Source: Eledone cirrhosa
Lineage: Eukaryota
NCBI GenBank assembly: GCA_964016885.1
Contig: OZ024743.1
Location: 362,824,001-362,888,000, forward strand
Direction: 5' to 3'
DNA: 64,000 nt
Below the pieces are notes generated by a model. It saw only the letters and a list, made by a program, of their open reading frames with translations. It did not search any database and was not told where the DNA came from. The first letter of the stretch is position 1. Every line of letters begins with the position of its first letter. The position numbers and the translations under genes are program-made. Shown here one piece after another: positions 23,103 through 36,900 of the stretch.

Positions 23103-23480
23103 ATAATTGTTTCTACTTTTGGCACAAGGCCAGCGTATTATTGGTACTTTATTTTATCGACCCCGTAAGGATGAAAGGCAAAGTTAACCTCGGCGGGATT
23201 TGAACTCAAACCATAAAAGGCCGTAATTCTTTGCTGCAAAGCATGTTGTCCGATCTTCTACTGATACTGCCAATCCACTACAAATATAATTGTTTCTACT
23301 TTTGGCACAAGGCCAGTAATTTTCCAGTACATTACTGGTACTTTATTTTATCGACCCCGTAAGGATGAAAGGCAAAGTTAACCTCGACGGGATTTGAACT
23401 CAGACCGTAAAGGGACGTAACTATGCTGAAAAGCATGGCGTCCGACTCTCTACCGATACTGCCAATCCACTACAAATATA
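23103..23480 (-). mobile_element. Two head-to-tail tRNA-derived SINE copies
   Basis: Minus strand A-box TGGCAGTATCGG and B-box GAGTTCAAATCC, then the Nin-like core; unit repeated twice with TACAAATATAAT junctions. Confidence 0.85.
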
Positions 23481-23509
23481 ATGTTTATAAACGCATATAA
23501 CAATTACAA

Positions 23510-23830
23510 TTACCGATCTTGCAGAGGAGCTCCACAGTACGGGGTCCAAGTACGCCTGAGGTCTCGTCGGCGACTGGTGCGTATAGGAAGCGGCCGGACA
23601 ACCCCTCGTATTTGTTTATCTTCCTTTCTTCTGTATTCCGCGCCGTAATACCGGGGTTTGTGGCTGAAGTGACTAGGTTGGAGGCGGAAAGCGTGTCACA
23701 ACATGTAACGTCACAGATGAGGGATCTACCTCCTTCGAATGGGAAGAGGATAATTCCGTCAGTTCGCTTGCCGTCTCCGCGGTCGAGGCCCGCTGGCTCC
23801 AGTTGGGATGGGAATTTGGGGAGGGCGAAG
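23510..23830 (-). mobile_element. Fragment of a CRE-like LINE restriction-like endonuclease domain
   Basis: Minus-strand translation (absent from the ORF track): LEPAGLDRGDGKRTDGIILFPFEGGRSLICDVTCCDTLSAS...EERKINKY...PVADETSGVLGP. Confidence 0.75.
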
Positions 23831-24399
23831 CTTCTTATTTCTTTCTTTATTTTTGCATTTTGTTTTCATTTTAAAACAAATAAATAAAAATAATTTATTT
23901 GCAATAGGGAAATCTTGAAATTGATAGATTAGCTTTCATTTTATTGTGTTTATTTTATTCAGAATTTATAAATTGGACCTAGGACGTTGGAAAATCACTA
24001 AACATTTCGTTTGTTTATAATGATTCACAGATACACGCTGTCAGTGAGAGTAGTTTCTCGTTCCTGTGGCAATCAGGATTAATTTTAATACTGTTACACA
24101 GTGCCTCTAAAGTTTACCGAGCTTCCTTACCATATTTACGTCAGGTAGTCCGTGACATCTGACAGTCGAGTGCCTTGATAGATGTAACGAGAAATGGAGT
24201 CGAGGAAGCCGACATAAACTGTTGATGGCTGTCACCATGGCTGCAAGTTGTTTTTATTGTAGCCAATCATTATCGTGATAGTGGATGACGTAATGCTTTG
24301 TTGCTAGAATATTCTAGCAGAAGTTTTTTTTTTTTTCTTGACTGAAATATTTTATGTCGACTGCTTGAGTTGTTGTGTTCTTTAAAATAATAATAATAA

Positions 24400-26710
24400 T
24401 AATAATGCTCAGGTGCACTACAACTCATCAAAGGTGCATGTATAGTACATAGAATAATATACAAATGTCAGGGAAGTGAATAGTGTATGAGTCATGATAT
24501 ACATGTGTGTGTGTGTGTGTGTGGAGGGGGAATATTAGGTGTAGGGTTGGCGAATCTCGGGAAGCATGGAAGTTTTAAAGGATGCAGTATCTCGACAGCT
24601 AATAACTGATGCAGGTAGTTTGTTCCATGCTTCAGCAACTCTGAGCGTGAAAAAATATTTCCGAAGGTCATGGGAGCTGTGCTGTTTTCTGACTTTGTGG
24701 GCATGCCCACATGTGTTAGACACATGGAAATCAAAAAGGTACTCGGGGTTGTTGTTGGCAAGATGGTTAACAATTTTGTGGGTGTTTACCAAGTCAGTTG
24801 CCAGATGTCGGAGCTTCAATGTATCCATGCCCAGGGAAGCAAGGCATTCAGAGTATGGTAGATGCCTGATGGAGGGTATTCGCTTGGTTGCACGTCTCTG
24901 AACAGTTTCCACGCGGTCAATGTTCTGAGCAAGACTGGTGATGCAAATTCTAAGTGTGGCCGCACCATAGCTATATACAGCTTTAAATAGATAGCTGGAG
25001 AGCGGCTGACAAAGGTCTTGCTGAGTGATGCTAAGACACCCTCGGCCTTCTTGACAATTTTAGAGACGTGCTTTGTCCAATGCAAATCGCTGCTCACCGT
25101 AATGCCCAGGTCATGTTCACAAGAAGACTTCTTGATATTAGTGTTGTGGAGGGAGTATGTGGACGCTGGGTTTTTACTCCCAAAATGCATGGTGGTACAC
25201 TTGTCCACAGCTAGCTTGAGTTGCCAGTCTGTGATCCTTTGTTGCATTGTGTCCAGGTCAGATTACAGGCAAGATCTATAGTGTTCAGGATCTGTACTTT
25301 TTATCTCAAGGTACACCTGCATATTTCAGTACTGTGGCATTCTTTAAGTTGGCATCTATGTCATTAATATATGCCACAAACAAAAGGGAGCCAAGAACAG
25401 ATCCCTGTGGTACACCAGATGACTTGAGACACCCATGAGCAGCCATCAGTGATCCTGGTGATGTCTTCAAGAAACTCAATAAGTTGATCACAGCAGCTGG
25501 AGTTAGGAATAAATCCAAATTGCGAGGGCCAAATTGCAATAAAACTTTGAGAGTTCCAGAGCGTTTCTCTAATACAGGATTACATCAGTTTGGCAATGCA
25601 GCTAGCGAGACTGACTGGACGATAGTTCACAGGTGATGTGCAGTCACCCTTTTTGAACAGAGGAATGACACTGGCAGTTTTCCACTGTTCTGGAGTAGCA
25701 CCGTTGTTCAAACAGAATTGGAAGAAGCGTGATAGTTGGTGCAGAAGGAAGTAGGTACGTAATACCATCAAGACCAGGAGAGGCATGGTTGTGTTTAATT
25801 TTAAGGTGATGCCACAACATTGCAGGTGTAAATTCCATAGTTGTAATAGAATCCGATGTCAGAGGTGGTGGAGACAGTACACTCTGGTCTTCAATAGTGA
25901 AAATGCCTGCATAGAATTCAGAAATGAGCTCTGCGCATTCCTTGGGGTCGTCAGTAACCTGGCTTGTGTGGGGATTGCGAAGAGGACCAACTGGAGTGTG
26001 AGGCCTCTGCTTTGAGTGAACATACTTCCAGAACACTTTACTGTCAGGGCCGGTTGCGATGCGCTGCTCAAATTGAAGCACTGCCATTTTTGTCACCTGC
26101 TTGAGATGGTTGGATGATTTATTTCACTTCTTCCTATTGATATCTGATTTATGCAGTTTGTACTCACGTTCAGCATTACAACGTTCTTTTCTGGCAAGAC
26201 GGATTGCTGGAGTCTCCCAAATTGCACTTTTGGGATGTTTTTCTACTTGCATGGCACCGATGCTGTCCATATTGAGCTCAGGATGTTGATATCTCAAGAG
26301 TCGTAGAACTCAAGCCAGTTTGGACGTTGCAACTTGGTGCAGTAACAGTTCGAGTCTGCTTTATTCAGTCAAAGTGAGCAATTTGGAGATGGTTGTGGTT
26401 TTTGTTACTTCCCATGAGGGATAGATTGGCAATGATCATAGCATGATCAGAGTCACCTAAAGGTTCCTCAGTAGTAACACTAATAACCGTTTCAGGAGTA
26501 GTGGTGAAGAGTAGGTCCAAAGTGTTGTCACCTCTTGTTGGGGAGGTGACTACTTGGGACCAGTTCGAGTCCAGCACTAGCTCAAGGAAGTCATTTGCAC
26601 TTGGCGGCCAACGAAAGGTTTCCCACTCAATCTCAGGGTGATTGAAGTTCCCTGCAATAAAAACATAAGTGGCTGTTTTCTTGGCAGCAACTCTGAGGAT
26701 ATCATAAAGT
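24400..26710 (-). mobile_element. Degenerate CR1-clade LINE (APE to 3' end)
   Basis: GNFNHP, PTRGDNTLDLLFT, NYRPVSLAS, GVPQGSVLG, RPHLEFASPV, ETVQRRATK, FFTLRVAEAWNKLP; (TTA)n-type tail near 24390. Confidence 0.88.
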
Positions 26711-27269
26711 TGAGTGTCCTAATGGTAATCTCTAAAGAAAACTGCATCTATCCTAAATGTTGACTAAAAAATAAAACCTCGCCAAACACTTTATGCTGTT
26801 TTGTCAAATACTCGCGCATATATATAGACTCACATACACACATGCAGAAACGTAAGTATACACGTTCAGTCAGAAGTATGGATATACTTACACACATCGT
26901 TACTATCTTTAATTAATTGCAATAGATTTATTAACCTTAACATTATGTGAAAGTTCACAAATGTTTTGTTGAAATGTTATATGACGTAGATATTGCTGGA
27001 GGCAAAGGCGTAACTAGGGTATGGCAAGCATGTCACATGCCATGGGTGCCACTTGGACAAAAAGCAATCTATTAAAGTCAGATAAGCTATGGCTGGAGAG
27101 TGAAAAAATAAACTTCTTCAGATGTATAATCTGTCTTTGATTATCAAGGGTGAGAAGCACTATGGTGGCTGGATCATTAAACCATTCATATAAATTATTA
27201 TGCTCATGGGTAAAAATATCGGTCGTTCTCCGAAAGGTTTGCAGTTGAGCACATAGCAGTGGATACTTC

Positions 27270-27530
27270 TGATGTCCTTGACCCTTGGACCACCTCACTA
27301 CTCACCACCAGAGCTGGCTAGCCGAAGGTGTGAGCCTTGCAAGCTGGAGTGGCTTTTCCAGTACATCTCCCTCATCATCCTCCAGGGAAACGCCTTCTCT
27401 ATTCTGTCTGCCGAGTTCGCGGGACAACCAGCACGTGGGACCCCATTTGCTCATAATAGTGAGAGATGGGGTGGGCGGGAGAGATGAAGTTGATGACAGT
27501 GAGAGTTTGGTTCCTCTGTGTTTGAACATG
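27270..27530 (-). mobile_element. Old LINE 3' fragment related to 57050-57345
   Basis: Shares ACGTG(G/A)GACCCCATTTGCTC.TAATA...GAGATGGGG...TGACAGTG with 57210-57280. Confidence 0.5.
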
Positions 27531-27751
27531 GTGTATATGTGTAATTTTACAGTTATTTTTGGCTTTTACAGCTATTATAAAAGAAGATAGTTTTCCAGAA
27601 AATAAAAGTACAATTCATGAGGAAATTGTTACTCATTTTCAAAGTAGACTGACTCATTTTATTTTGAATATACTTAGTATACCTGATGGGTGGTAAATAT
27701 AACTAATCCTCTCAATTTTTTCTTTATTCTTTTTCTTTCAGTAATATCAAA

Positions 27752-27919
27752 ATGAACGGTTATACAAACGGCCATATCCGAGAGGGAAACCTCTTTGAAA
27801 AAAATGATGTGAAAGAGTTTCTTAGCAATGTCCATCAGCTGATCTTAGAAAAAGCACTGCAAGATGGCACAAGAAATGATCACAAAGTTGTAAAGTTTCT
27901 TCACCCTAAAGAAATGATG
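27752..27919 (+). CDS. CSAD: Decarboxylase coding exon 1 (MNGYTNG...[12 protein letters not shown])
   Basis: Acceptor at 27740-27741, AAAATG start, GT at 27920; 168 nt. Confidence 0.88.
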
Positions 27920-30900
27920 GTAAATATTTTGAGTTTATTTTCTAAGATTAATCTCAATCTAAGGGCTCTATATTTCATGAGACCTGGAAATCTCTTTTCC
28001 AAATGCAGAAACCTGAGCAAGGTTTTGTGTAGAAGACCAGCAGTCGTTCATATATGCAAATTTCCTTTCTGCATCAGTAAGGGAGAGTACAGCTTGGTGC
28101 TGGTGGTGTTGCAGGTGAAATTAAAATTCAAAGGGCCAAAAGAGTTATTATAATTCATTCCACCTAACACTAACAATTCTGCCAATTCACTGGCCATGAC
28201 TGGGACTTTATTTATCAACCCCAAAAGGAAGGTCAAAGTAATCCTCTGCAGGATTTGAACTCGAAACACACTAAGCCAGAACAAATATCCAATGCTATAA
28301 CAACTCTCCCACATGAAAAGTAAAAACAAGAAAATTGTTTATATTATTGTTTCTTTTATGTATTTATAAGAGCACAATAGTTATATGAAGTATATAACTG
28401 GTTGTTTCATTTGTCTAAGAAAACAGGTTTTACACATCTCATTAGAGGAGTGGTAACTATTAGGATGGTTATATGACTGAAAATCATATTGACCAAGAAA
28501 ACTCCTTCCTTGGTAACAGAAAATAATATGTAGATGCAAAAGCAATACAAAAAGAAACACTTCCTCTACATGTTTTCAAAACTAAACAAAGCTAATTATT
28601 TTTTTTTGCTTTATATTTGTACAGGAATATGTGTGCTTTTGTGTCCTTGTTCATTTCCAGTGTTTTCAGTTTTTTGTTAACCCAATTCTATAACCATGTG
28701 AGAAAAAAATAATCTAAACTAAATGGAATGTGAATGAGCAAATATATTGTCTAGTATAAATATATTTTGATGGAATATTTTACACAAAGTTAATAAGCAG
28801 AATAGCTATATTAATCACACATTATATCTAGCAAATTTCTTTTTAAAGAAATATTTATCACAAAAGCAGCTCAGAATAGGAAAATATTCTGCATTATAAT
28901 GAATAATTGTTTCTACTTTTGGCACAAGGCCAGCAATTACCCAATGCATTACTGGTACTTTATTCTGCATTATAATAAATAATGAAATATTAATGTAAGT
29001 TTTAGCAGAGAATAATTAATACAACAGAAATGTGTATTATAGATATCAATAGACGAATGCAGGCATAGCAGCTTAAGGAACTTACATTGCTACTACACAA
29101 TTTTGGGTTCGGTCCCATTGTGTGGCACTTTAGGCAAGTGTCTTCTCCTGTAACCTCAGGCTGACCAGTGCCTTGTGATTAATAACTATTTCTAAATTAG
29201 GCAGTTCCTTTTAAAAGCTGTAACCTGATTTTGAATAGCACAGTATTCAAACAGTGCAGTGTCCGAATGATTTGGGACCATTGAATGTCTCGTGAGGTCA
29301 TGGATCTGCACCTGGAAAGTTCATTTCCAAATGCAGGTCTTAACAAAAGTTTTTGTGGAAGACCAGCATTTACCCATACATGCAACTGTCTCCTTCCCAT
29401 GCCAATGATGTTGTTCAAGGAAAAAGCAATAGCTTGGTACTAGTGATGTTGCAGGTAAACTTCAATCGCAAAGGGCTGAATGTGATACTGAGATATCACA
29501 TCTGATGCTCTAACATTATCCCCCGTCCACAACCCTGGAATAATACTTTATCTATTAACTACAAAAAGATAACAAGTAAAGTTAACCTCAGCAGGAATTT
29601 GAACTCTAGTAGAGACAGCAATAACTAACAACTCTTCCAGTTCATTCTTACAATGAAATTCCTGTTTGTTTGAAATAGTAAACTTTGTCACTTACATTTT
29701 TCCTTTTCTTGCTAGCATATATAACATATATACAGATATATCATGGGGCACATAATAAAGTCAACAATTAATTTTATTTTAATTATTTTCTGTTTTATTC
29801 ATGAAATATGAGGTTCATAAATAAACGTGTGCATTTATGTTTCTGCATTTGCATTCATTCACACCAGCATAAGTACTTGCCTTACTATTCCTATGTATTG
29901 ATATGTTTAAATTCTCCTCTATTCCTTCTAGAACAAACTTCAACCAGACATTGGAGAGAAAGGGACTAGTCATGAAGTACTCTTAGAATTTTGTGAAAAG
30001 TTAATTGATATGAGTGTAAAAACAGGTAAGAATAGTTATAAATGTATTATCTCATTTTAACTCACACACACACAAACACTGCATCACTTGATATGAGGAG
30101 AAATAATAGTCAAATCACTCTCAAATCACACCTTATCCTCATAAGAAAACAATTCAGGGAAAGACATTGGATAATGTAGTCTTAGATACTCCAATGTCTT
30201 TCCCGTAGTCTTAGATACTCCAATGTCTTTCCCGTAGTCTTAGATACTCCAATGTCTTTCCCATAGTCTTAGATACTCCAATGTCTTTCCCATAGTCTTA
30301 GATACTCCAATGTCTTTCCCATAGTCTTAGATACTCCAATGTCTTTCCCGTAGTCTTAGATACTCCAATGTCTTTCCCATAGTCTTAGATACTCCAATGT
30401 CTTTCCTGTAGTCTTAGATACTCCAATGTCTTTCCCATAGTCTTAGATACTCCAATGTCTTTCCCGTAGTCTTAGATACTCCAATGTCTTTCCCGTAGTC
30501 TTAGATACTCCAATGTCTTTCCCATAGTCTTAGATACTCCAATGTCTTTCCCGTAGTCTTAGATACTCCAATGTCTTTCCCGTAGTCTTAGATACTCCAA
30601 TGTCTTTCCCATAGTCTTAGATACTCCAATGTCTTTCCCATAGTCTTAGATACTCCAATGTCTTTCCCGTAGTCTTAGATACTCCAATGTCTTTCCCATA
30701 GTCTTAGATACTCCAATGTCTTTCCCGTAGTCTTAGATACTCCAATGTCTTTCCCATAGTCTTAGATACTCCAATGTCTTTCCCGTAGTCTTAGATACTC
30801 CAATGTCTTTCCCGTAGTCTTAGATACTCCAATGTCTTTCCCATAGTCTTAGATACTCTAATGTCTTTCCCATAGTCTTAGATACAGTGTATACTACCTG

Positions 30901-33900
30901 AAAAAAACAGAACAAAGTTTGAATGTGTGTTTGAGACTTGAATGTCTTTTGGTCATTGGATTCTTGATCAGAGTTAACCTGGGGCTAAACAGCAAGCACA
31001 ACATCACTAGACAACTGAATATTACACAATATGACTTATTAGCATAGTTTTCACATACAGTAGGTTATAACAATTGGCTCTTTATGAGAATGTGAGATCT
31101 AGATATCAACAACCTAGTTCTCATAATTGAATTTATTAATTACATTCCAAATGTGGAAGCAAAAATTAAAATCAGTACATCTTAAAGTAAACATAACAAA
31201 AACAAATATTTTTCTTAGTAAAAGGGAAGACAGGACTGTATAGACATGCAGTGTGTGCAAGACAAGAAGGAGAAGTGGTTCATGCATGGTAAGGTTTTGA
31301 TCATAGCTCAACTGCTCAGTCTGAGATAACTTAGGACTAAATAATTGTTTCTACTTTTGGCACAAGGCCAGCAATTACTCAGTACATTACTGGTACTTTA
31401 TTTTATCGACCCCGTAAGGATGAAAGGCAAAGTTAACCTTGGCGGGATTTGAACTCAGAATGGCAAGGGCCGTAACTTTATGCGTCAAAGCATGGTGTTC
31501 GACCCTCTATCGATACTGCCAATCCACTGCCAATCCAGGACTAAATAATGAAAACAATAACATACATTCTAATAAATGTTCTCTTTGTAATTTTAGGTAA
31601 ACCAGGATTTTATAACCAGCTTTATGGTTTTACTGACCCCTATGGTTTGGCTGGATCATGGATCACTGACTCACTTAATACAGCATTGTAAGTAGATTTT
31701 ATTATTTTACAATATAACCTAGTGACTACCAGCAGCAGCTAGGGTTAACTTAGCGATGGACTGGTGTCTTTCACTTATAGTCATTTAACACCACATGAAA
31801 CTCAACCTTCATTCATATATATACTAGCATGGTAAAATGGATGTAAATCTAATGAAAACAAAATAGTATGATGGATGGTAGAATTGCTAAAAGCAACAAG
31901 AAAAATTATTGGTATTATTTAGTTATGCATGTTTACACTATGTTAAATTCTCATCATAATCAACTTAATATTTATTTAGATGAGGGGTGTGGAGGGCAGG
32001 ATCAGTACAGCCCCAAAAGTATTTAGTTATATCTCCTTACATTCTGTGTTCAAATTGCCCTAATTGATCTAATCTAAGTAGTAGAAGCAATCAATATAAG
32101 CAGTATTCTCCTTCAATATATATGTCCTCATGTCTATGTCACTGGTCTGTGAAATATAAAGAGGGGAGTAAAACCAGCAAGCAAATATAATTGTGCATTG
32201 GTTTGTATGAAATGTGGTGTTGAAATTTTAAAATTTAACAAAATCATAAAAGTAGTTGAATATTCCACAGACAAATGTACATTTAACATATTTCTCATGG
32301 AAATCAGTGTGACACAATATGTGACATGGCTGTTTACTTTTACCCAATTTAATACACAAGGGTTGAGTCAACCTGAGTTTATGGTAAGATACTCAAGGTG
32401 CTACACAGTTGTATCAAATCCAGGACCTCATGATTGTGAAACAAACTTTTTAACTACTGAACCATGCCTGCATCTACCATTAATATATAGTAGGGTATGT
32501 AGTCAAAATATCTTGACATGGGGATGTGGTTTGAAATGTGATCAATTAATGTTGATAATAATGAGATGTAGAAATGTGAAGAACAATATGCTGATAGTGC
32601 CTCAAATGAACTGGAGACAGACATGTAGTTTGGTAAGTTACATTGCCATAATTGAACTTTTCTGCAGGAGAAGGAATTTTTAATTAAAAATTAATAATTC
32701 ATTTACAGGCACACATATGAAGTGTCCCCAGCTTTCACAATGATTGAACATTATATTATTCAAAAAGTGTGCAAAATGATTGGATTCCAGAATGGTGATG
32801 GCATGTTTTGTCCAGGTAAGTGATCTATTTTTCCATATAAATTTTATATAATTGTGTCTCCATTATATAATGAAGTTTTAAACCTGCATTATAAATTACT
32901 ATTAAAATAATTTGTAGATATCTCAATACACTCCAGCTCAAAGTTGTAACTTGTCAAGAGATATAAGATGAACTATAAATATTTCTGGATGTGAAAACCA
33001 TCTAAAAGAAAACAAAAAAAGTCTACTCATTGACTACAAACTGAATTGTAGTTTTGGTGGCTGAGTATTTGACTGATACTTGTATCTTTAATGCAATCAT
33101 CAAACAGACTTAGTGTGACATGATGAGAGACAAGGTTCACTTACATAAAAGCTTCAGTCCATCCAACAGATTTCCAAACATTTTCTGTTTACTAAATTTC
33201 ACTTTCAAGGCTTTGGAATCAGCTGGGGTTATGGGGTTATAATAGGAGACACTTTCCCAAGATATTACACAGTGGGATTGAACTCAAGACCATGATTGTT
33301 GCAAAATGAAATTCTTATGCATTCAACCATGCAAATTCTTTATTTATTTTGGAGGGGTTCTTCATTAATGATGGCCATCTCCTTCAATTGTGGATTCTTT
33401 GCTGTCACAATACATAATCCATATTTCAGGAGAAGATACTTATGCAATGAAGCTTTATAGTGGCATTGGGAATACACTTTTCCTAGTATCACTATCTTTG
33501 CTGTGAAAGAAGTAAATCCAGTGGAAAATGTGACCTGAAATGACTGGATGCTTCCAGAATCCCTTGAAAAAAACCCTTAATGCTGACTACCACACTGGTC
33601 AGTGGTAGTTATTCCCCGAGATAAAAACCTTTGTGTTTTCCTGAACCCAGCCGTAAAGCAGCAGAGCAGTGATTGATAGGTGTCTGAACATATCTACTAG
33701 ACTAAGCCTGCATCTCGGAACCCACTGTTGCTCTGAGAGTATCTGCCAAATTAACCTGGAGGCTGCGAAGTATGCAATTACTTTGTCACTGTTGGGAGGA
33801 CTGGTAGGAGTTTTGGCTGTATACTGGCAGGAAAGACATACACTGTAGGCTAATTCCCACTTACCCACATCAGTTAGCCAGTAGCAGCATACTTTAAGTA

Positions 33901-36900
33901 AGAGGTTAGAAAGTATAACTGCACTAGATTCATCACATTACCCTATACACATACACACACACAAATTAAATTTACCCAGACATAGAAGTATATTCAGATC
34001 TTTATTAAAACCAGACCTACCTTTATCAGAAGCTATATTTCTACTATATCTATTAGTTCTCTCCAGTAAAGATTTCTTATCCATACATTTCCTCAAGAAC
34101 TATTCAAGTGTATTAAACCAGTAACCAATTTTGTATAACAGCTGAACATATTTTGCACTACTTTATCTACAGGAGGAGCATTTATGAATATAATGAGTAT
34201 TCATTTAGCCCGCTTTCGGAGTGATTCAAATATTAAGAAGCAAGGCTTGTACAACCAATCAAGAATGATGGTGTTTGCTTCTGAAGGGGTAAGTATCTCT
34301 ATTTGCATATCACCACCATTTAACACCCATTTTCCATGTTAATATTAATATATGTTTGTATTGGGTTTGGAGTTTTACTGTGTTCTTATTGAAGCCATAT
34401 TGTTTGTTATTGTTGTGGTTGTTATGACATACACCATAGATGTAGCCAGCCTCTTATGCGATTACATACCATATTTTTTGGGGGGGTGTTTTAATGATAG
34501 GGTACCCAATTCCTATCATAACACGGTTTTTCTGGTCACAGGAGGTGAGATTTGAATTCAGAATGCACAGAGTGGAACGAGATCCCATAGGGTAACCTGT
34601 CCAACATGCTAACAATTCCACTGATCTGCTGCCCTGGACTGGTACTTAATATATAAACCTTATATATAAAAGGTAACATTGACCATGGCAGGATTTGAAC
34701 TCGAAGCACAAGGCTCTAACAAGTACCACAAAGCATTGCTCCAACAACTTGGCCAATTTACTATCAATTTTGCACACCCCAATAAACCTAAGACAAGGCA
34801 TATTCATTTCACTCGCCTTATTTAATTTGGCAGTAAACTTCACATGTCACAGTCCTCTATTTGTCTCAGTCAACCTAAATTTTCATTCTATTTACATCTG
34901 ATCCTTAATCAGTTGCAAAGTAAGCATGTGTATTTCCAAATGAACTTTGGTTTAAAAAAGAAAGGTGTTGATCATTAGATTGTACCAAGGTTGTACACTA
35001 TTTTTACATTGGTTTTTCAATTGCTGATACTATCTGCCAGTTGCTACCACTGACAGAAACATCACTGCTTTTCCAATGACAGAAAGCAGGAGTTGAACTC
35101 AGAATGCAAAGAGCCAGAACACATACTGCAAATCATCTTGTTTAACAATTCCATCAATAAACCACTTATGGACAGCTACTTTATTTATCAACCTTGAGAG
35201 GATAAAAGGCAAAGTTGCTGTCAGTGGGATTTGAAATCTGAATGCTGAAGCAAATGCCAAGACATTTAATCTGATGCTATAATGATTGCCAATTAACTAA
35301 CTGGGTTAAACTGATACACACATATTTTAAAAGAAAATAAGGTTCATTTACCATAAGTTTCCATGTATATTTATTTAAAAAAAATATTAAACGCCTGGTA
35401 TTTCATTCTTTTTGCAGTGCCATTATTCATCTGTTTTGGCAGCAGGGTTTCTTGGTATTGGACAAGATAATCTTATCAAAGTAAAAACTGACAGCAAGGG
35501 TAAAATGTCAGTAAAACATCTCCAGAATGCTGTTGAACAATCACTTAAACAGGTAAATAACTATGATATACATGATAGTGACAGCTGTGTCAGTGTGTGT
35601 GCATATGCAGCACCTTCACCATCAAATAACTTAGTGCAGGAAAAATCAATGGAACCTTCTTTCTTCTCCTTTTCCTCATTTTAAATTATTTTTGCAGTAC
35701 AATACCCCTGTTTACTGCTAAACGAGTGAAAGAGATTTGTTGTTATTTCTTCTTCATCTAGTTTCCTTTTGTTGGTTCACTCCTAATGTTTAGAGTGGTT
35801 TAGGGTATTTTTTTATGTGAAATGTGGTTGGAGCTTTACTTTTTACACTTTTAATACTAAACCACATGAAACTGCTACTTGCTCTACAATGTAAACTAAT
35901 TATTTTATGTTTATATTTATATCATAAAAAACCTTTCATTATAATTTTATGTTGGAACTTCTGAAGTCATTTTCAAATCTCCAATTTAATGAAAAAATTA
36001 TTTTACTAAATCCCAATAATCATAATCCATATATATATGCATTATATGTCCGTGCCAATGCAATCTTCTCTCCTGTGTATATAAGTATATTTTCATTGTA
36101 TTTGTATTTTCAGGGTTGCAATCCTATAGCTGTTGTTGCAACAGCAGGTACCACAGTTCTGGGAGCATTTGATCCTATCAATGAGATTGCAGATGTCTGT
36201 GCTCAATATGAAATGTGGCTTCATGTTGATGTAAGTATATTTTTAAGTAAAATTTTAAAATACCGGGAATTATTAGCAAACTATATTTTTCAGCCTTTGT
36301 TCAAGACATTTGAGGGAACTGGGGAGCTGACAATGAGGTTCTTGTTGTTGGTAGCTTACTTTACTGGTGTATCAAGCGATACCCATGAGGGTACTTGACT
36401 GTTCTAGCATCTCAGCATCACTATCACCCACAGCAATGCTGTGAGTTGGTTTGCTTAAAAAATTATTAGAGGGAAACTCCAGTGCACCTTATTGTGGTGT
36501 GAGATTGAGTTTACAGGTCTTCTACATTATTTTAATTTTTTTATTTTATATATACTGTGTTTATTTGTATAAATTGTATTTGAAATGAATTCTATGAAAT
36601 ATTATCTGTGCTTGTTTTGGGAAGCAAAAGGGTATCCAGATATAAAACATTACTTTAAAAAGTTTCATCCAATCCATGCCAGCATACAAACGTAAATGTA
36701 AATACGATGATGATGATGATACATATATATGTATATGAATGTACATGTGTATATATATATATCTCATTACAGGTCTGCCCAGCTCCCAAATACAAATCCG
36801 CTTATGAGCAGGGTCCAGCACGGCCATGATAAAAACAGGAAATTACTTTAAAGCATTTCATTTTATTTACAGGCGGCTTGGGGTGGATTTGTACTTATGT

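Noticed and set aside
23380-23475. tRNA genes
   Set aside because: A/B boxes are present but no cloverleaf closes, and each is fused to a SINE body.
27920-28153. C-terminal extension of ORF 27752-28153
   Set aside because: Similarity to the decarboxylase family ends at the GT donor at 27920; the rest is intron read-through.
30177-30885. CRISPR-like array with a 29-bp repeat
   Set aside because: Units are contiguous with no unique spacers, no cas genes are present, and the array lies in a spliceosomal intron; it is a minisatellite.
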